A stretch of DNA of 64,000 bases from Antedon mediterranea (lineage: Eukaryota > Animalia > Echinodermata): positions 25,922,437-25,986,436 of the forward strand of contig NC_092672.1 in assembly GCF_964355755.1 (NCBI RefSeq). Reading direction: 5' to 3'. Of this stretch, positions 27,801 through 42,800 are shown piece by piece. Position numbers and translations under genes: made by a program. Below the pieces are notes generated by a model, which was given only the letters and a program-made list of their open reading frames with translations, was not told where the DNA came from and did not search any database. How positions within the stretch are numbered: the stretch's first letter is position 1; every line of letters begins with the position of its first letter.

Positions 27801-30800
27801 AATTACAACATCACAGGTTGTAACCACAGCAGAAGAGATAACAACAGCTGGAGTAACAATACCTGCTGAATTTACAACAGGTGGAGTAGTGACAACATCA
27901 ATAGAAGTAACAACGGAAGAAGAAATTACAACATCACAGGTTGTAACAACTGCAGAAGAGATAACAACAGCTGGTTTAACAACACCTGCCCAATTTACAA
28001 CAGATGGAGTAGTAACAACACCTGAAGAATTTACAACAGGTGGAGTAGTAACAACACCTCAAGAATTTACAACAGCAGGAGTAGTAACAACGCCTGCAGA
28101 ATTTACAACAGGTGGAGTAGTAACAACACCTGAAGAATTTACAACAGGTGGAGTAGTAACAACACCTGAAGAATTTACAACAGCAGGAGTAGTGACAACA
28201 CCTCAAGAATTTACAACTGGTGGAGTAGTAACAACATCAATAGAAGTAACAACGGAAGAAGAAATTACAACATCACAGGTTGTAACAACTGCAGAAGAGA
28301 TAACAACAGCTGGTTTAACAACACCTGCCCAATTTACAACAGATGGAGTAGTAACAACACCTGAAGAATTTACAACAGGTGGAGTAGTAACAACACCCCA
28401 AGAATTTACAACAGCAGGAGTAGTAACAACACCTCAAGAATTTACAACAGCTGGAGTAGTTACAACACCTGCAGAAGTTACAACAGCTGGAGTAGTAACA
28501 ACACCTGAAGAATTTACAACAGCTGGAGTAGTTACAACACCTGAAGAATTTACAACAGGTGGAGTAGTAACAACACCTCAAGTATTTACAACGGGTGGAT
28601 TACTTACAACAGCAATAGAAGTAACAACGGAAGAAGAGATAACAACAGCAGGAGTAACAACACCTTCAGAATTTACAACAGCTGGAGTAGTGACAACATC
28701 AATAGAAATAACAACGGAAGAAGAAATTACAACATCACAGGATGTGACAACAGCAGAAGAGATGACAACAGGAAGAGTAACAACACCAGTAGCATTTACA
28801 ACAGCTGGAGTAACAACACCAGTAGCATTTACAACAGCTGGAGTAGTGACAACAGCAATAGAAGTAACAACGGCAGAAGAAATTACAACATCTCAGGTGG
28901 TAACAACTGCAGATGTAACAACACCAGCAGCATTTACAACAGCTGGAGTAGTTACAACACCTGCAGAATTTACAACAGGTGGAGTACTTACAACATCAAT
29001 AGAAGTAACAACGGAAGAAGAAATTACAACATCACAGGTTGTAACAACTGCAGAAGAGATAACAACAGCTGGTTTAACAACACCTGCCCAATTTACAACA
29101 GATGGAGTAGTAACAACACCTGAAGAATTTACAACAGGTGGAGTAGTAACAACACCTCAAGAATTTACAACAGCAGGATTAGTAACAACACCTCAAGAAT
29201 TTACAACAGCTGGAGTAGTAACAACACCTCAAGAATTTACAACAGCTGGAGTAGTTACAACACCTGCAGAAGTTACAACAGCTGGAGTAGTAACAACACC
29301 TGAAGAATTTACAACAGCTGGAGTAGTTACAACACCTGAAAAATTTACAACAGGTGGAGTAGTAACAACACCTCAAGTATTTACAACGGGTGGATTACTT
29401 ACAACAGCAATAGAAGTAACAACGGAAGAAGAGATAACAACAGCAGGAGTGACAACACCTTCAGAATTTACAACAGCTGGAGTAGTGACAACATCAATAG
29501 AAGTAACAACGGAAGAAGAAATTACAACATCACAGGATGTGACAACAGCAGAAGAGATGACAACAGGAGGAGTAACAACACCAGTAGCATTTACAACAGC
29601 TGGAGTAACAACACCAGTAGCATTTACAACAGCTGGAGTAGTGACAACAGCAATAGAAGTAACAACGGCAGAAAAAATTACAACATCTCAGGTGGTAACA
29701 ACTGCAGATGTAACAACACCAGCAGCATTTACAACAGCTGGAGTAGTTACAACACCTGCAGAATTTACAACAGGTGGAGTACTTACAACATCAATAGAAG
29801 TAACAACGGAAGAAGAAATTACAACATCACAGGTTGTAACAACTGCAGAAGAGATAACAACAGCTGGTTTAACAACACCTGTCCAATTTACAACAGATGG
29901 AGTAGTAACAACACCTGAAGAATTTACAACAGGTGGAGTAGCAACAACACCTCAAGAATTTACAACAGCAGGATTAGTAACAACACCTCAAGAATTTACA
30001 ACAGCAGGAGTAGTAACAACACCTCAAGAATTTACAACAGCTGGAGTAGTTACAACACTTGCAGAAGTTACAACAGCTGGAGTAGTAACAACACCTGAAG
30101 AATTTACAACAGGTGGAGTAGTAACAACACCTCAAGTATTTACAACAGGTGGATTACTTACAACAGCAATAGAAGTAACAACGGAAGAAGAGATAACAAC
30201 AGCAGGAGTAACAACACCTTCAGAATTTACAACAGCTGGAGTAGTGACAACATCAATAGAAGTAACAACGGAAGAAGAAATTACAACATCACAGGATGTG
30301 ACAACAGCAGAAGAGATGACAACAGCAGGAGTAACAACACCAGTAGCATTTACAACAGCTGGAGTAACAACACCAGTAGCATTTACAACAACTGGAGTAG
30401 TGACAACAGCAATAGAAGTAACAACGGCAGAAGAAATTACAACATCTCAGGTGGTAACAACTGCAGATGTAACAACACCAGCAGCATTTACAACAGCTGG
30501 AGTAGTTACAATACCTGCAGAATTTACAACAGGTGGAGTACTTACAACATCAATAGAAGTAACAACGGAAGAAAAAATTACAACATCACAGGTTGTAACA
30601 ACTGCAGAAGAGATAACAACAGCTGGTTTAACAACACCTGCCCAATTTACAACAGATGGAGTAGTAACAACACCTGAAGAATTTACAACAGGTGGAGTAG
30701 TAACAACACCTCAAGAATTTACAACAGCAGGATTAGTAAAAACACCTCAAGAATTTACAACAGCAGGAGTAGTAACAACACCTCAAGAATTTACAACAGC

Positions 30801-33800
30801 TGGAGTAGTTACAATACCTGCGGAAGTTACAACAGCTGGAGTAGTAACAACACCTGAAGAATTTACAACAGCTGGAGTAGTTACAACACCTGAAGAATTT
30901 ACAACAGGTGGAGTAGTAACAACACCTCAAGTATTTACAACAGGTGGATTAATTACAACAGCAATAGAAGTAACAACGGAAGAAGAGATAACAACAGCCG
31001 GAGTAACAACACCTTCAGAATTTACAACAGCTGGAGTAGTGACAACATCAATAGAAGTAACAACGGAAGAAGAAATTACAACATCACAGGATGTGACAAC
31101 AGCAGAAGAGATGACAACAGCAGGAGTAACAACACCAGTAGCATTTACAACAGCTGGAGTAACAACACCAGTAGCATTTACAACAGCTGGAGTAGTGACA
31201 ACAGCAATAGAAGTAACAACGGCAGAAGAAATTACGACATCTCAGGTGGTAACAACTGCAGATGTAACAACACCAGCAGCATTTACAACAGCTGGAGTAG
31301 TTACAACACCTGTAGAATTTACAACAAGTGAAGTACTTACAACATCAATAGAAGTAACAACGGAAGAAGAAATTACAACATCACAGGATGTGACAACAGC
31401 AGGAGTAACAACGCCAATAGAATTTACAACAGCAGGAATAGTGACAACACCTTCAGATTTTACAACAGGTGGAGTAGTGACAACACCAATAGAATTAACA
31501 ACGGAAGAAGGAATTACATCACAGATTGTAACCACTGCAAAAGAGATGACAACAGATGGAGTAACAACACCTGCCGAATTTACAACAGCAGGAGTAGTTA
31601 CAACACCAATAGAAGTAACAATGGAAGAAGAAATTACATCACAGGTTGTAATCACAGCAGAAGAGATAACAACAACAGAAGTAGTAACAACACCAATAGA
31701 AGTAACAACGGAAGAAGAAATTACAACATCACAAGTTTTAACAACAGCAGAAGAGATGTCAACAATAGGAGTAGTGACAACACCTGCAGAATTTACAACG
31801 GGTGGAGTAGTGACAACACCAATAGAAGTAACAACGGAAGAAGGAATTACATCACAGATTGTAACCACAGCAGAAGAGATGACAACAGCTGGAGTAACAA
31901 CACCTGCAGAATTTACAACAGCAGGAGTACTAACAACACCTGCAGAAGTTACAACAGCAAGAGTAGTAACAACACCTGTAGCATTCACATCAGCTGGAGT
32001 AGTGACAACATCAATAGAAGTAACAACGGAAGAAGAAATTACATCACAAGTTTTAACTACAGCAAAAAAGATGACAACAGCAGGAGTAACAACAGCTGGG
32101 GTAATGACAACAGCAAAAGAGATTACAACAGTAGAAGAGATGACACCACCAAATGAAAGAACAACAGCGAACGACATGACAACACGAGTTATAACAACAG
32201 CAGGAGGTAATGTTGTAACAACAGCTGAAGAAATTACAACAACCGGTATGTATTATATATGTTGCAACTGTTTAGCTTTTTAATTGATTCAAATTCTATT
32301 CGCGCCTATCGAATGAAGTGGGTATTTCAATTATGGAATTAAGTTACAATATGTAAACTGCAAACAATCTAACGGCAATAATAGGCAAACAATATTGTTT
32401 TGTTTAGACATGTTTAAATATTAATTCAGGCAACACTAGCCCTTAATCAATCTTTATACATTTGTGGCTAAAAGATCTAAAACCATCGATTGATATTATA
32501 ATTGGTAAAATTAGAATGATTGTACTGTACAGACTAATTCAGCTTTCCACACATTGATATTTTGATTTTGATAACAGGAATTGTAACAACAAGTGGGTTA
32601 ACAACAGCTGCTCAAATAACAACAGCTAAAGTGGTAACAACAGCTGCTGAAATGACAACATCAGATATGGTAACTACAGCTGATGTGATGACCTCAGCAG
32701 GTGCGGTAACAACGGCTGCTGAGATGACAACATCAAGTATGGTAACAACAGCTGCTGAGATGACAACATCAGGTATGGTAACAACAGCTGCTGAAATGAC
32801 AACATCAGGTCTGGTAACAACAGCTGCTGAAATGACAACATCAGGTCTGGTAACAACAGCTGCTGAAATGGCAACATCAGGAGCAGTAACAACAGCTGCT
32901 GAAATGACAACATCAGGTATGGTAACAACAGCTGTTGAGATGACAACAGCCAGTGTGGTAACAACCGCTGCTGAGATGACAACAGCAGGTATGGTAACAA
33001 CAGCTGCTGAGATGACAACAGCTGGTGTGGTAACAACAGCTTCTGAAATGACAACAGATGTGGTAACAACAGTTGCTGACATTACTTCAACAGTTGCTGA
33101 AATGACAAGAAATATGGCAACTGCTGCTGAAATGACAACATCAGGAGTTTTGACAACTGCTGCTGCTGAAATAACAACAGAAGACGGCCTAACAACAGTT
33201 AATGTTGAATTGGAAATTACAACAGCTGGAAATGCAGGTTTGATTTAACCAATAATAAAAACTACCTACATTTACCTCTAACATACACCCACTCTACACG
33301 TACACGTTTTTCAATAATTCAAGTTGTTGTTATAGAAAGTCATTAGGCCTACAAAGATTTATGATGCGTATTCAAGAAATTGTATTGGTTCACTTAAAAT
33401 GGAAATTCATTTTTCTTGACATAATTTAGACAATAAAAGAAATTAAAACTACAAAAAAAAATAAGCCTACATCAAGTTGCACTAACGCTATAGGCCAATG
33501 TTAAAATACTGTTAATAGGCAATGGTTAAAATACTGTTTAAACGATTAAAAATGATTAACATTCAAACAAAATATTACAGTATAGAGTTATCAACTATGA
33601 ACTTCAATATCGGTAAAATCGCTTGAATCGAAGAATAGTCAACTTTATACTTTATAATATAAGAAACAGAAACTGTTTACAACTTGAGATAAAAGAATAA
33701 TACAAAATATTTCAACTATTGATTTCGTCGTTTCTCAAATAATAGGGAGTTTTCGCAACCTTACGAATACGATAACGAAAACGGATACGTCACGCAAACG

Positions 33801-36800
33801 TATTCGTTTTTCGTAAGCCAGTAAAAATATGTTTCGCATGGCAAAAAATTTAGGGCGCCGTCCAAAACTTGACTGCGGTAAATTTGAGCGAAGCGCAGGT
33901 ACGTGTTGCTTGGTGCTTGGCTGCCTAGGCCTAGCGTCACATTAAAGCGAGTGAGGACTTTAAAAACTGCTATTTATGAAAATTGACCTGGCATTTTAGT
34001 AAATTACTTTAGTAAATTACTTTCAATAAAAGTATAATTATATTATAATCATGAATCATTCCTGATTCAAATGCAAAATGTGCAACTATACTCGTTTTGT
34101 AGTTACGAATATGACTGGTGATATTCGTCAACACGAATACGCTTTACGAATATGAAATGGGGATCAGCTCAAAAGTTTCACAAATTTGTGACGTATCCGT
34201 TTTCGTTATCGTATTCGTAAGGTTGCGAAACCTCCCTATTAGCGTTATTTACGCCATGAAATGACATTCATTGCGTAATGGTTAATTGATGCAAAAGAGA
34301 GTTAGTCAAAGAACATGTAATTTCAGATTCAACATTTTTTCATTATTTGCACGCCTGTAAACTTAGAAAATTCAAATGTAGAAGTGAAGTTTTATTGCAA
34401 TCTTGTTAATTACATAGTGGGCATAATGATAAACCAAAGGTCATTTTCACGTATCACATTTAGTGTAGATTTTTTGCATCAACTGTCTTTGTGTGAAATG
34501 TGTATAATGTGTACAATATAATGAAGTGGATAAAATTATGTTTTAATAAAGTATATTGATCAAAACGTCGAGAAATTCAACAGGTTTTTTTTTCAGAACT
34601 ATATACACGTGGTTTACCGCAAATTATTAAATCAACACTTTTTTCCTCTTTCAAACAGAATGTTTATCTGACGAATTCAGATGTCCAAGCAATTATTGTA
34701 TTGGTGAATGTATGGTTTGTGACAATTTTGCTCTTGACTGCCCAGACAATGCTGATGAAGATCCTAAATTATGTGATGGTATGTATCAAATAGTGCCTCC
34801 GGTCCACAACGATGAACCCCAATTGACCACGTACATGAGTGCAATACTATAACGAATTTAAAAATTCGTGTTCATTCGTTGGTAAAAATTCATGAATTTT
34901 GGAAAATTAAATAGACTCGGTCGATGCAATTAGTATTTGAAGCCCATGAAAATAAAAACCTAGCATGCACTGACATCAAACCATAGGCATACTATCTTCT
35001 ATACTGACTTTAACCATTGGTCAAGCTAATTTTGTCATGTGTCATAACCTTAACCTACTTATCTCAAAGCATGTTCTGCTACTATTTAGTAAAATAATGT
35101 CTTATATTAATACATCTACTGATTTTGTTTCAGAATTATGTACAGTTAGCTCATTAGATATTCCTGATGAGTTAATAATTATTAATGTTGGCGGAAAGTG
35201 TAATTATGAATCTGGAGAGACCATAGGATTTGAATGTAAACAAGGATATTCATTGGTTGGTTCATCTTCTAGCACATGCGCAAATGGAACAGTTATATTA
35301 CCTGTATGTTACGGTAGGTGGACATTTTCTATTGTCTTCTTTATCAATCAGGCATAATTACAATGTTATTATTATAAATACATAATCTAGAATAATATTA
35401 TTAGGCCTCCTGCACAATAATATTGTTTTTAAACAGAGTTTATTAATGAAATTTATATATGTTTAATAGAGTATTTTTTATTCATAAATCAATTTTAATT
35501 GGTTCATAATTTTTTAGCCAATTGTGAAAGAAACATGATTGAAGGTGTAATTGAAAATGGAAGTTTCCTGCATAATACCGTTGTTGGGTTTTCTTGTGAA
35601 AATAGTGGTTTTGATCTAATTCCAAGAACGCCTTCAGAAGTAACCTGCTTTAATGGCGGGTTTACTGAAGGCATCCCAAGAGGCTGTGAAGGTAAGACAG
35701 TCATTTGGGCCTAAACAATAAAGGCGTAATTACAGTACAATGTAAGGAAAAGAGTTCTATACCCACACCCATAGAAGCAGTACATGCACCTGTAACTAGC
35801 GTCACTAGATAGATACTAACTGACTCTCGTAAGTCATCAAATAGAAACGAGTCTAGCTGTGTTACACACGTTTAATATTGTTATATTCATTGTCAGTAGA
35901 ATCATATCTAAAGACATGAAATAAATGTTGATGAAGAAATACATTTTTCAGATATTGATGAATGCACACGTGGTACAGATGAATGTGATTCCATTGCAAA
36001 TTGTGAAAACACCGAAGGTGCATACAACTGCTTATGTCCCAGTGGATACACATTGGATGCATTTGATTGCAATGGTAACTGAAATCATTATAATTAAACT
36101 ATAGCCCGGATGGAAGATTTATATTATCCGAAAGCTTGGCAATTTCGTTCTGACTTCTACTTTATCGTTTTATCGCTAAAAATACATATCTAAACTGGCA
36201 CACTAAATAAATATGATGTTTTGTTGTGTTTAAAGATATAAATGAATGCTTAATAAATCCATGTGCTGATGTCGGATCCAATTGCACGAACATTGACGGA
36301 GGTTATACTTGCACGTGTGTGGACGGTTTTTATGGTGACGGCTACACATGCAAAGGTTGGTATAAAATGTCATTCTATAATTTTCAAGTAAGACTACACT
36401 AATTAAACATTTGGAAACATCATTTATAACATAATGTGCGCAGTAGTTATTTTCAATTCAATAATAAATTTGTCTGGAATTATTTACAAGGTCAGTGATA
36501 TGTCAGTCCTGTATGACACGGACAATTATGTGACTCACAATTCAACCTACTATACTCTTAAAACATCCGGTGATGCAGATTTGACGCACATACTGTCATA
36601 TAATTGCGATGGCGCTATGCATGATTGAAATATATAATGACGTAATACATAACGGTAAATACGTGTGTAAACATCGTGCATTGCAAATACTGGTAGACCC
36701 GAATAATTATGTTTTGCTGTTGTAACAGGCCATTTGTTGTAAATACAATTTGAATGTATTTTAACGGATTGTCGTTACTTTGTACTTGTCGTACGCGAGA

Positions 36801-39800
36801 ACACTGGACGACATAACGTAATTAATAAAAAATGCTGTATTTGTACCGAGCATATTGCTTTTGATTTAAAAATTGGTACTGTATTAATTTTACCCTTAAA
36901 TACACAACTACAATAAAAGAAGGTCATTGGAAGTTTCGAACAGCATTAAATATAGATCAAGATTAAAAAAGATGGTTTACATTATATTGTGTGATCCTCC
37001 ATTTGTTGCATTTGTATTTCATTTGAGGTTTTACGCCTCCTAGATTTTGATTATGAGAATAGTAGGGTTTTTCGTAACTGTATATTACACAAAATAATTT
37101 CTTTAAATCTCGTTATTTTCAGCTGATTTCTTCTTTCAATGGGGACCTGAAAATGGGGATATCAACCTCAGATCTGTGGCAACTAATATTCTAACAGAAA
37201 TTATCTCGCCAATAATACAGATACCTAACGGGTTTCCATACTTCGGAGAATTCTTCTATAACCTTTATGTAAGCAAGTACATTATTTGATTTTAATTACT
37301 GTAGATTTCAATCGCCATGTTAAGACAGTACTATTCAGTAAGGCTTATGAGTCCTCAATACTAAGTGTGAGATCACACGTTTCTGTGTGTTGCCTCAATA
37401 TTTGAAACCACAGTATCCAGTATGATACCACACTATAAGTATATTAACTCATTATTCAGTGTTAGATCTCAGTATCCAGCGTGAGGCCACATTACAGTGT
37501 GTTAACTCAGTATTTTAAGTGTAAACCAACACTATCCCGTAAGGCTTATGAGTCCTCAATTTTAAGTGTGAGATCATTACAGTGTGTTAACTCAGTATTC
37601 TGTGTTAGTCCATAGTATTAAATGTGAAGCCACATTGTTCAGTGTGTTAGTTTGTTAACTTAAGCTAACTTAAGTACTACTATTATTATCTATGTAATTG
37701 TATCAAATATAGTTAACTGAGAATGGTGTGATCGTTTTGACAAGAGACAATGAGGAGCAATATGGATTTGCTAATGCTCCTGATGGCGGCTTTAATGAGG
37801 GTTATGAAAATAAAATAATTTGTCCATTCTGGGCGGATTCAGATTTGTCAGATGACCAAGTGGGTAATGTCTACTATCAGGTATGTATTCGGCAACATTC
37901 CTTCACATTTTAGAGACAGTTTAGATTTGAATTAAATTTTAAAATTACATTGAATTGCTTTCTTGATAAACTTAATCTAAAACCAGAAACATGTGAAATG
38001 AATGGCAACAACAAACTAGTTAATCCTATACTTATATTTCCTTTACAGGTTTATGATACTGAAAATTCAGATATGCTAAGATCAGCATCAAATCGCACCA
38101 GATCATTTATAAACGACGACAGTCTCTTGACAGATTTTGAAGCTAAATGGTTGTTATTGGTCACTTGGGATCACGTGCCGCAATTTCCCGTAGAAAGCAA
38201 TATAGACAATGTAAGGTGATGAGACGATTGGAACTTGTGGCTGTTATTCACTATTCATACTACCTTACCGCTTCAAACAATTTCATAATATTTTAGATAC
38301 CTTAATCATTAACTGCATATTGAGGCGAAATATCTTTGGATGATACGATTCTTCACATCGTGATTGTCAAATTCATTAAATGCGTCACAAGCTTTTATGA
38401 TTGGTGAATATGGTCACATATTTATAATGAGGTTCCTTTAATTTACTACCATAAATTAATACCAGAAGTATCATACGCTTTCTTTTAAAGCGAATAAGTC
38501 TATATGGCTACAGTAACAACGATTATAACGGATTCAAATGTAAGTTTTATGCCTACAAAGCTCATTATAACTCTTGGTCTCGTTCAATCAGAAGATGAAA
38601 ATAGAATAATCAGAAAATAATGGTGCATAGACGTAGTATAACTCAAACAATTTACCAACATAAAGGGCCGTTGGAGAAAATTCAGCTTTTACGCCATTTA
38701 CCGTAGGCCTAATCTTCATTTCAGACGGCAACATTTCAAGCTGCACTTATGACAGATGGCATTTACAGTTTTGTCATTTTCAACTACGAAATTGGTGGAA
38801 TGCAATGGAATCCAAGAATTCTTTCTGAAAAGAATCTGGTAATCGGTTATGGTGTTGGCAAAAGCGGAGAAATGAACAACGTCCAGCTAAATTCAAATTT
38901 CTTTCCCACTGAAGATTCTAGGTATTACCCTGATATAATCGGTAACACAGGCCTAGAAGGTCAATGGTTCTACAGGCTAGAGGATAACAATGACCTCACT
39001 ATTAACTACCGACAGTACTGCACAGATTGGCGAAAGAGTGAATATGAAGATTTGAACCGTATACAAACGTGTCCCTGTAGTATATTTCAGGCGTTTTTTG
39101 ACTTTAGATATGGCTTTTCACAACGTGGATTGCCTGGAAGATTGGAAGCTGCAAACAATGTAGGAGGTCAGACGTTTTCAGACGATCTTATCAATGATAT
39201 TGAGAATGCCGTTGGTATGTGTACCTAGTTTAGAGTTATCTAAATATTACATTGATTTCAGAAAACCATCCAACATGAATGTTTACGTACGATGGACATT
39301 ACAGTATAATAATAATAATAATAGTTTCGATGCGGTATGAGGCGGCGTCCGTGTAAGATATTCGTGTTTGGTAGGGAAAATTTACAAGTTTAATTTTTGT
39401 TTGTTATATTAGGTACACCATTTTGCTTTCAACCAAGATTTGCCTGGTTTGGTAGTACTGTCCGATGTTGTTATCGCAATGATGGGTCGCTTATTGAAGG
39501 CTACGGAACTGATGTATTTGCTAGTAGCTTTGTACAAAAATACCAATATATCGAGGGTTTTTTCTTTGACTCTACGGCCTATTATAATTGGTTTTGTAAG
39601 TTGTTAGTGTATATTTTATATAAAAGAAAACATTTTTGTAATTTTAACACAAATGTTCAAATTTGCTGGTAATTAGTCAATTGATGTAACAACCTTTAAA
39701 TTGTATTTCAGATTCAGATTTGATTCCGCGATATACCTGCTGTGAGAAATCAAATGATCCATATTATTGTGATCTTTATACAGAAGTCAGGCCAAAAGCC

Positions 39801-42800
39801 ACATGTACTAACTATCGGCCGCCATTTTTCGGTATGTATACAGTACTATATTATTAGATAACATTAACCGTTATAAAACACGGCAACAATGTTAATGTAT
39901 GTCTTTAGAATATTGGACGAAAAGAAGGCTACCTGGCAGTCTCGATCGGGGCAAATGACCGAATTATTATACCTTCATGAATACAGTATTTATAGTTCAT
40001 TAGTATAGGAATAGATAGATAGATATATAATTGAAACATATTTGTATAAACATGAAATAAAACGGCCCACATTGTTACAACAAAATAAACAAACCTCTTA
40101 TAATGTGCATGCACTGTTAGGCTGTTGTCTGCGTCTACTTTGAAAAAGAATCAAATAATTAAAATGAACTAACCACAAAGTGTAAAATTTTAGGATGGAT
40201 GTTTGGAGATCCCCACATGCGTACGTTGGATGAGTTTGAGTATACTTTCAATGGACTTGGTGAGTTTATTTTAGCGACGATCGATGACGATTTCTTTGTG
40301 TTGCAAGGCAGAATGGAGATTCCAAAAAGCGATGATGAATCTGTACAGGCAACAGCATTTACCGCTTTTGCAGCTCAGGAAAATGGCACTTCAAAGGTAA
40401 CTCACAAGTGTTTTAACTTATTCAGCTTTCATTAAAACTGGTTTTGATCAAAACGTTCTGTTGTCAACGATCAATATAGGTTGATCATACATAAAATGAT
40501 ATAGGGTAGGGCCAATATTGATTCTACTATTATCTTTCTATTTGGTTACATTTTCCCAAAAATTCCAAATCATTCAGCACTTGAATCTGTTGCTTCTTGT
40601 CCCGAAGTTTATTTATTTTCTGATTCCTACTAAGTTTAAACGTGGTATTCATTATATGTTTCTCGTTAGTCAGTTAGTATATATGTTGGTGGTGGGTTCT
40701 CAATTTTGGATATTTGATATTGAATATATGTTTTTGTCAAAAATCGTCTGTAAATGGGAACTTTGCAAAAATGTTTCATAATTATCAATGCTTAGTTTTA
40801 ATCTGTTCTTGCATCATCTTTTATTGAGTATAAAACATACAAATAAGTTGTGTCTTCCTATAGTCTTATGTCATTATGTCCTCCTACACTATTCTCTCTT
40901 TTAAACTTCTTATTATATTTTTTTATTATATTAAAGGTTCAAATGACACTGAACGATAATGCAACAGATTTTGACATACTGATTAACGGAAGTTTTTATT
41001 TGAATAAAACCATACTGAATTCTGGTAAAGTACTGTTTGAATTATTTTCATTGTTGCCTATAAGTTTACCTTAAGACTTAATCCACAATCCAACCTGGAT
41101 CAGCATTGTTGAAAATTGATATTTTAGGATATTTTAGGTTGTTTTTGTGGAAGATGCTATTGTTTATTTCCTGGTGAAGTTTGTTCTTATTGTGTTTGTA
41201 TATGGATGTACAGTACTATCTGAAATAAAGGAAATGAATACATGAAGCAACTTTGTTCTTTGTCAAACAAACGCTTTAAAGTTACGCGTTGCAGTCTTTT
41301 TTATTTGGGTGTTTAATCAAAGAACATATAACACAAGAATCTCCTGTTCGTCCGAAGCGCGTAACAATTTCGAAAGGCATTGTGGGATAGAATAAAGCTA
41401 TGGGTGGAGCCATTGTGAGCCATGGAGTAGGGCGCCCGCATCAAATTAGAAAGTCAAAATCATAGAGGGGATCTGCTAATGTTCTAGGGGGAATAGAGTA
41501 ATTGACTGAGGAGTAGGGCGCCCGCATCAAATTAGAAAGTCAAAATCATAGAGGGGTTCTGCTAATACTCTAGGCGGGGGGGGGGGGGGGGGGGTAGAGT
41601 AATTGACTTCCTAGTTTGGAGGGGGCGCTGCTCCATGCTGTGAAATGGCGTTGCCCAGTTTGACCTTTTAACCCTGTACTTCCGATACTGTGTTTTGAAT
41701 GCAAATTGAAGAACAGGAGATTCTTGTGTTATAATTTCTTTGGTTTTAATGTAGACACACTGTTACATACTAGAAATATTAAATTAATTTAAAAAAAGGT
41801 TATTTTTAATAATAGGTGCATATATGCCACCAAACGATCCGGAAATAATCATAAGCCTCCCAAACACTAATTCTACTGGATACCGTGTTCAGGTGACCTG
41901 GAGTTCTGGACTTTCTATATCTGTTGGTCTAACATCATCTGTCTTGGATGTAGTGCTCTCAGTACCTGAGGAATATAAGGGGAAAACCAAAGGATTATAT
42001 GGTAGGTAGAATTTACACACTGTTTTTGATATATTTTTATTGTTTGTTTTCTTACTTTACATGAAGTAAACCTATTTGATGTTTTTTTTGCCCGAACGTC
42101 TGTGGTAAACACTAATAATTCAAGAGATTAATTATGTTATTACTGTTAAACAGTTACAAGATATTTTCCGAATATAACTGAACATGACTATCTAAATATT
42201 TATTTTGAACTAAACAATGCCGATGGAATTCGAAACCAGGGCTTCAGGTTCACAACCTGAAATCATACCACCATTTTCATACATAACTGTTCATCCATAA
42301 AGTCATGCACATTTGTGTTTATGCCTAATACGTTCGAAGAAAAATAATATAGCCAGAAAACATTCATAGTTACGTCAATTGCAGATATTATTTCTATAAC
42401 AGTTTAAGCAAAAAAACAGGTATAAATATTTTTTCTTTAAGGTGTTTGGAACGATGATATAAGTGATGACCTTACGTTTCCAAATGGATCTATACTGGAA
42501 ATACCTAACAACAGTTCGTTGGCAGAAATTTCTGCTTATGAGTTTGGTCTCACATGTAAGTAGCAAAATAATAGAGTTCTCGTATTGAAATTATAATTAA
42601 TTTCTAGAAATTGTATCAATAACATGACAATGTTTTTAATTTGTGTACGTTGCGTCTACGTCACTGTGTTGCGTCTTTTTTCGAAACGCTTAAAGATGTT
42701 TTGTCCTGTCCTCCTGACAATTTGTTTTGTTTAATATGCAATTTTAATGTTAAAATATTACAAAATATACTTACCTTAAAAAATTGCAATTTAAATCAAA

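Noticed and set aside
25486-32283. 2265-aa ORF as a standalone gene
   Set aside because: It has no signal peptide, is bounded by a canonical acceptor (25462) and donor (32246), and continues in phase into downstream exons.
25389-33082. Long minus-strand ORFs (VVT.., RCCYYS.., LLLP.. types) opposite the mucin exons
   Set aside because: Shadow frames of the ACA-rich repeat; no splice signals or domain content of their own.
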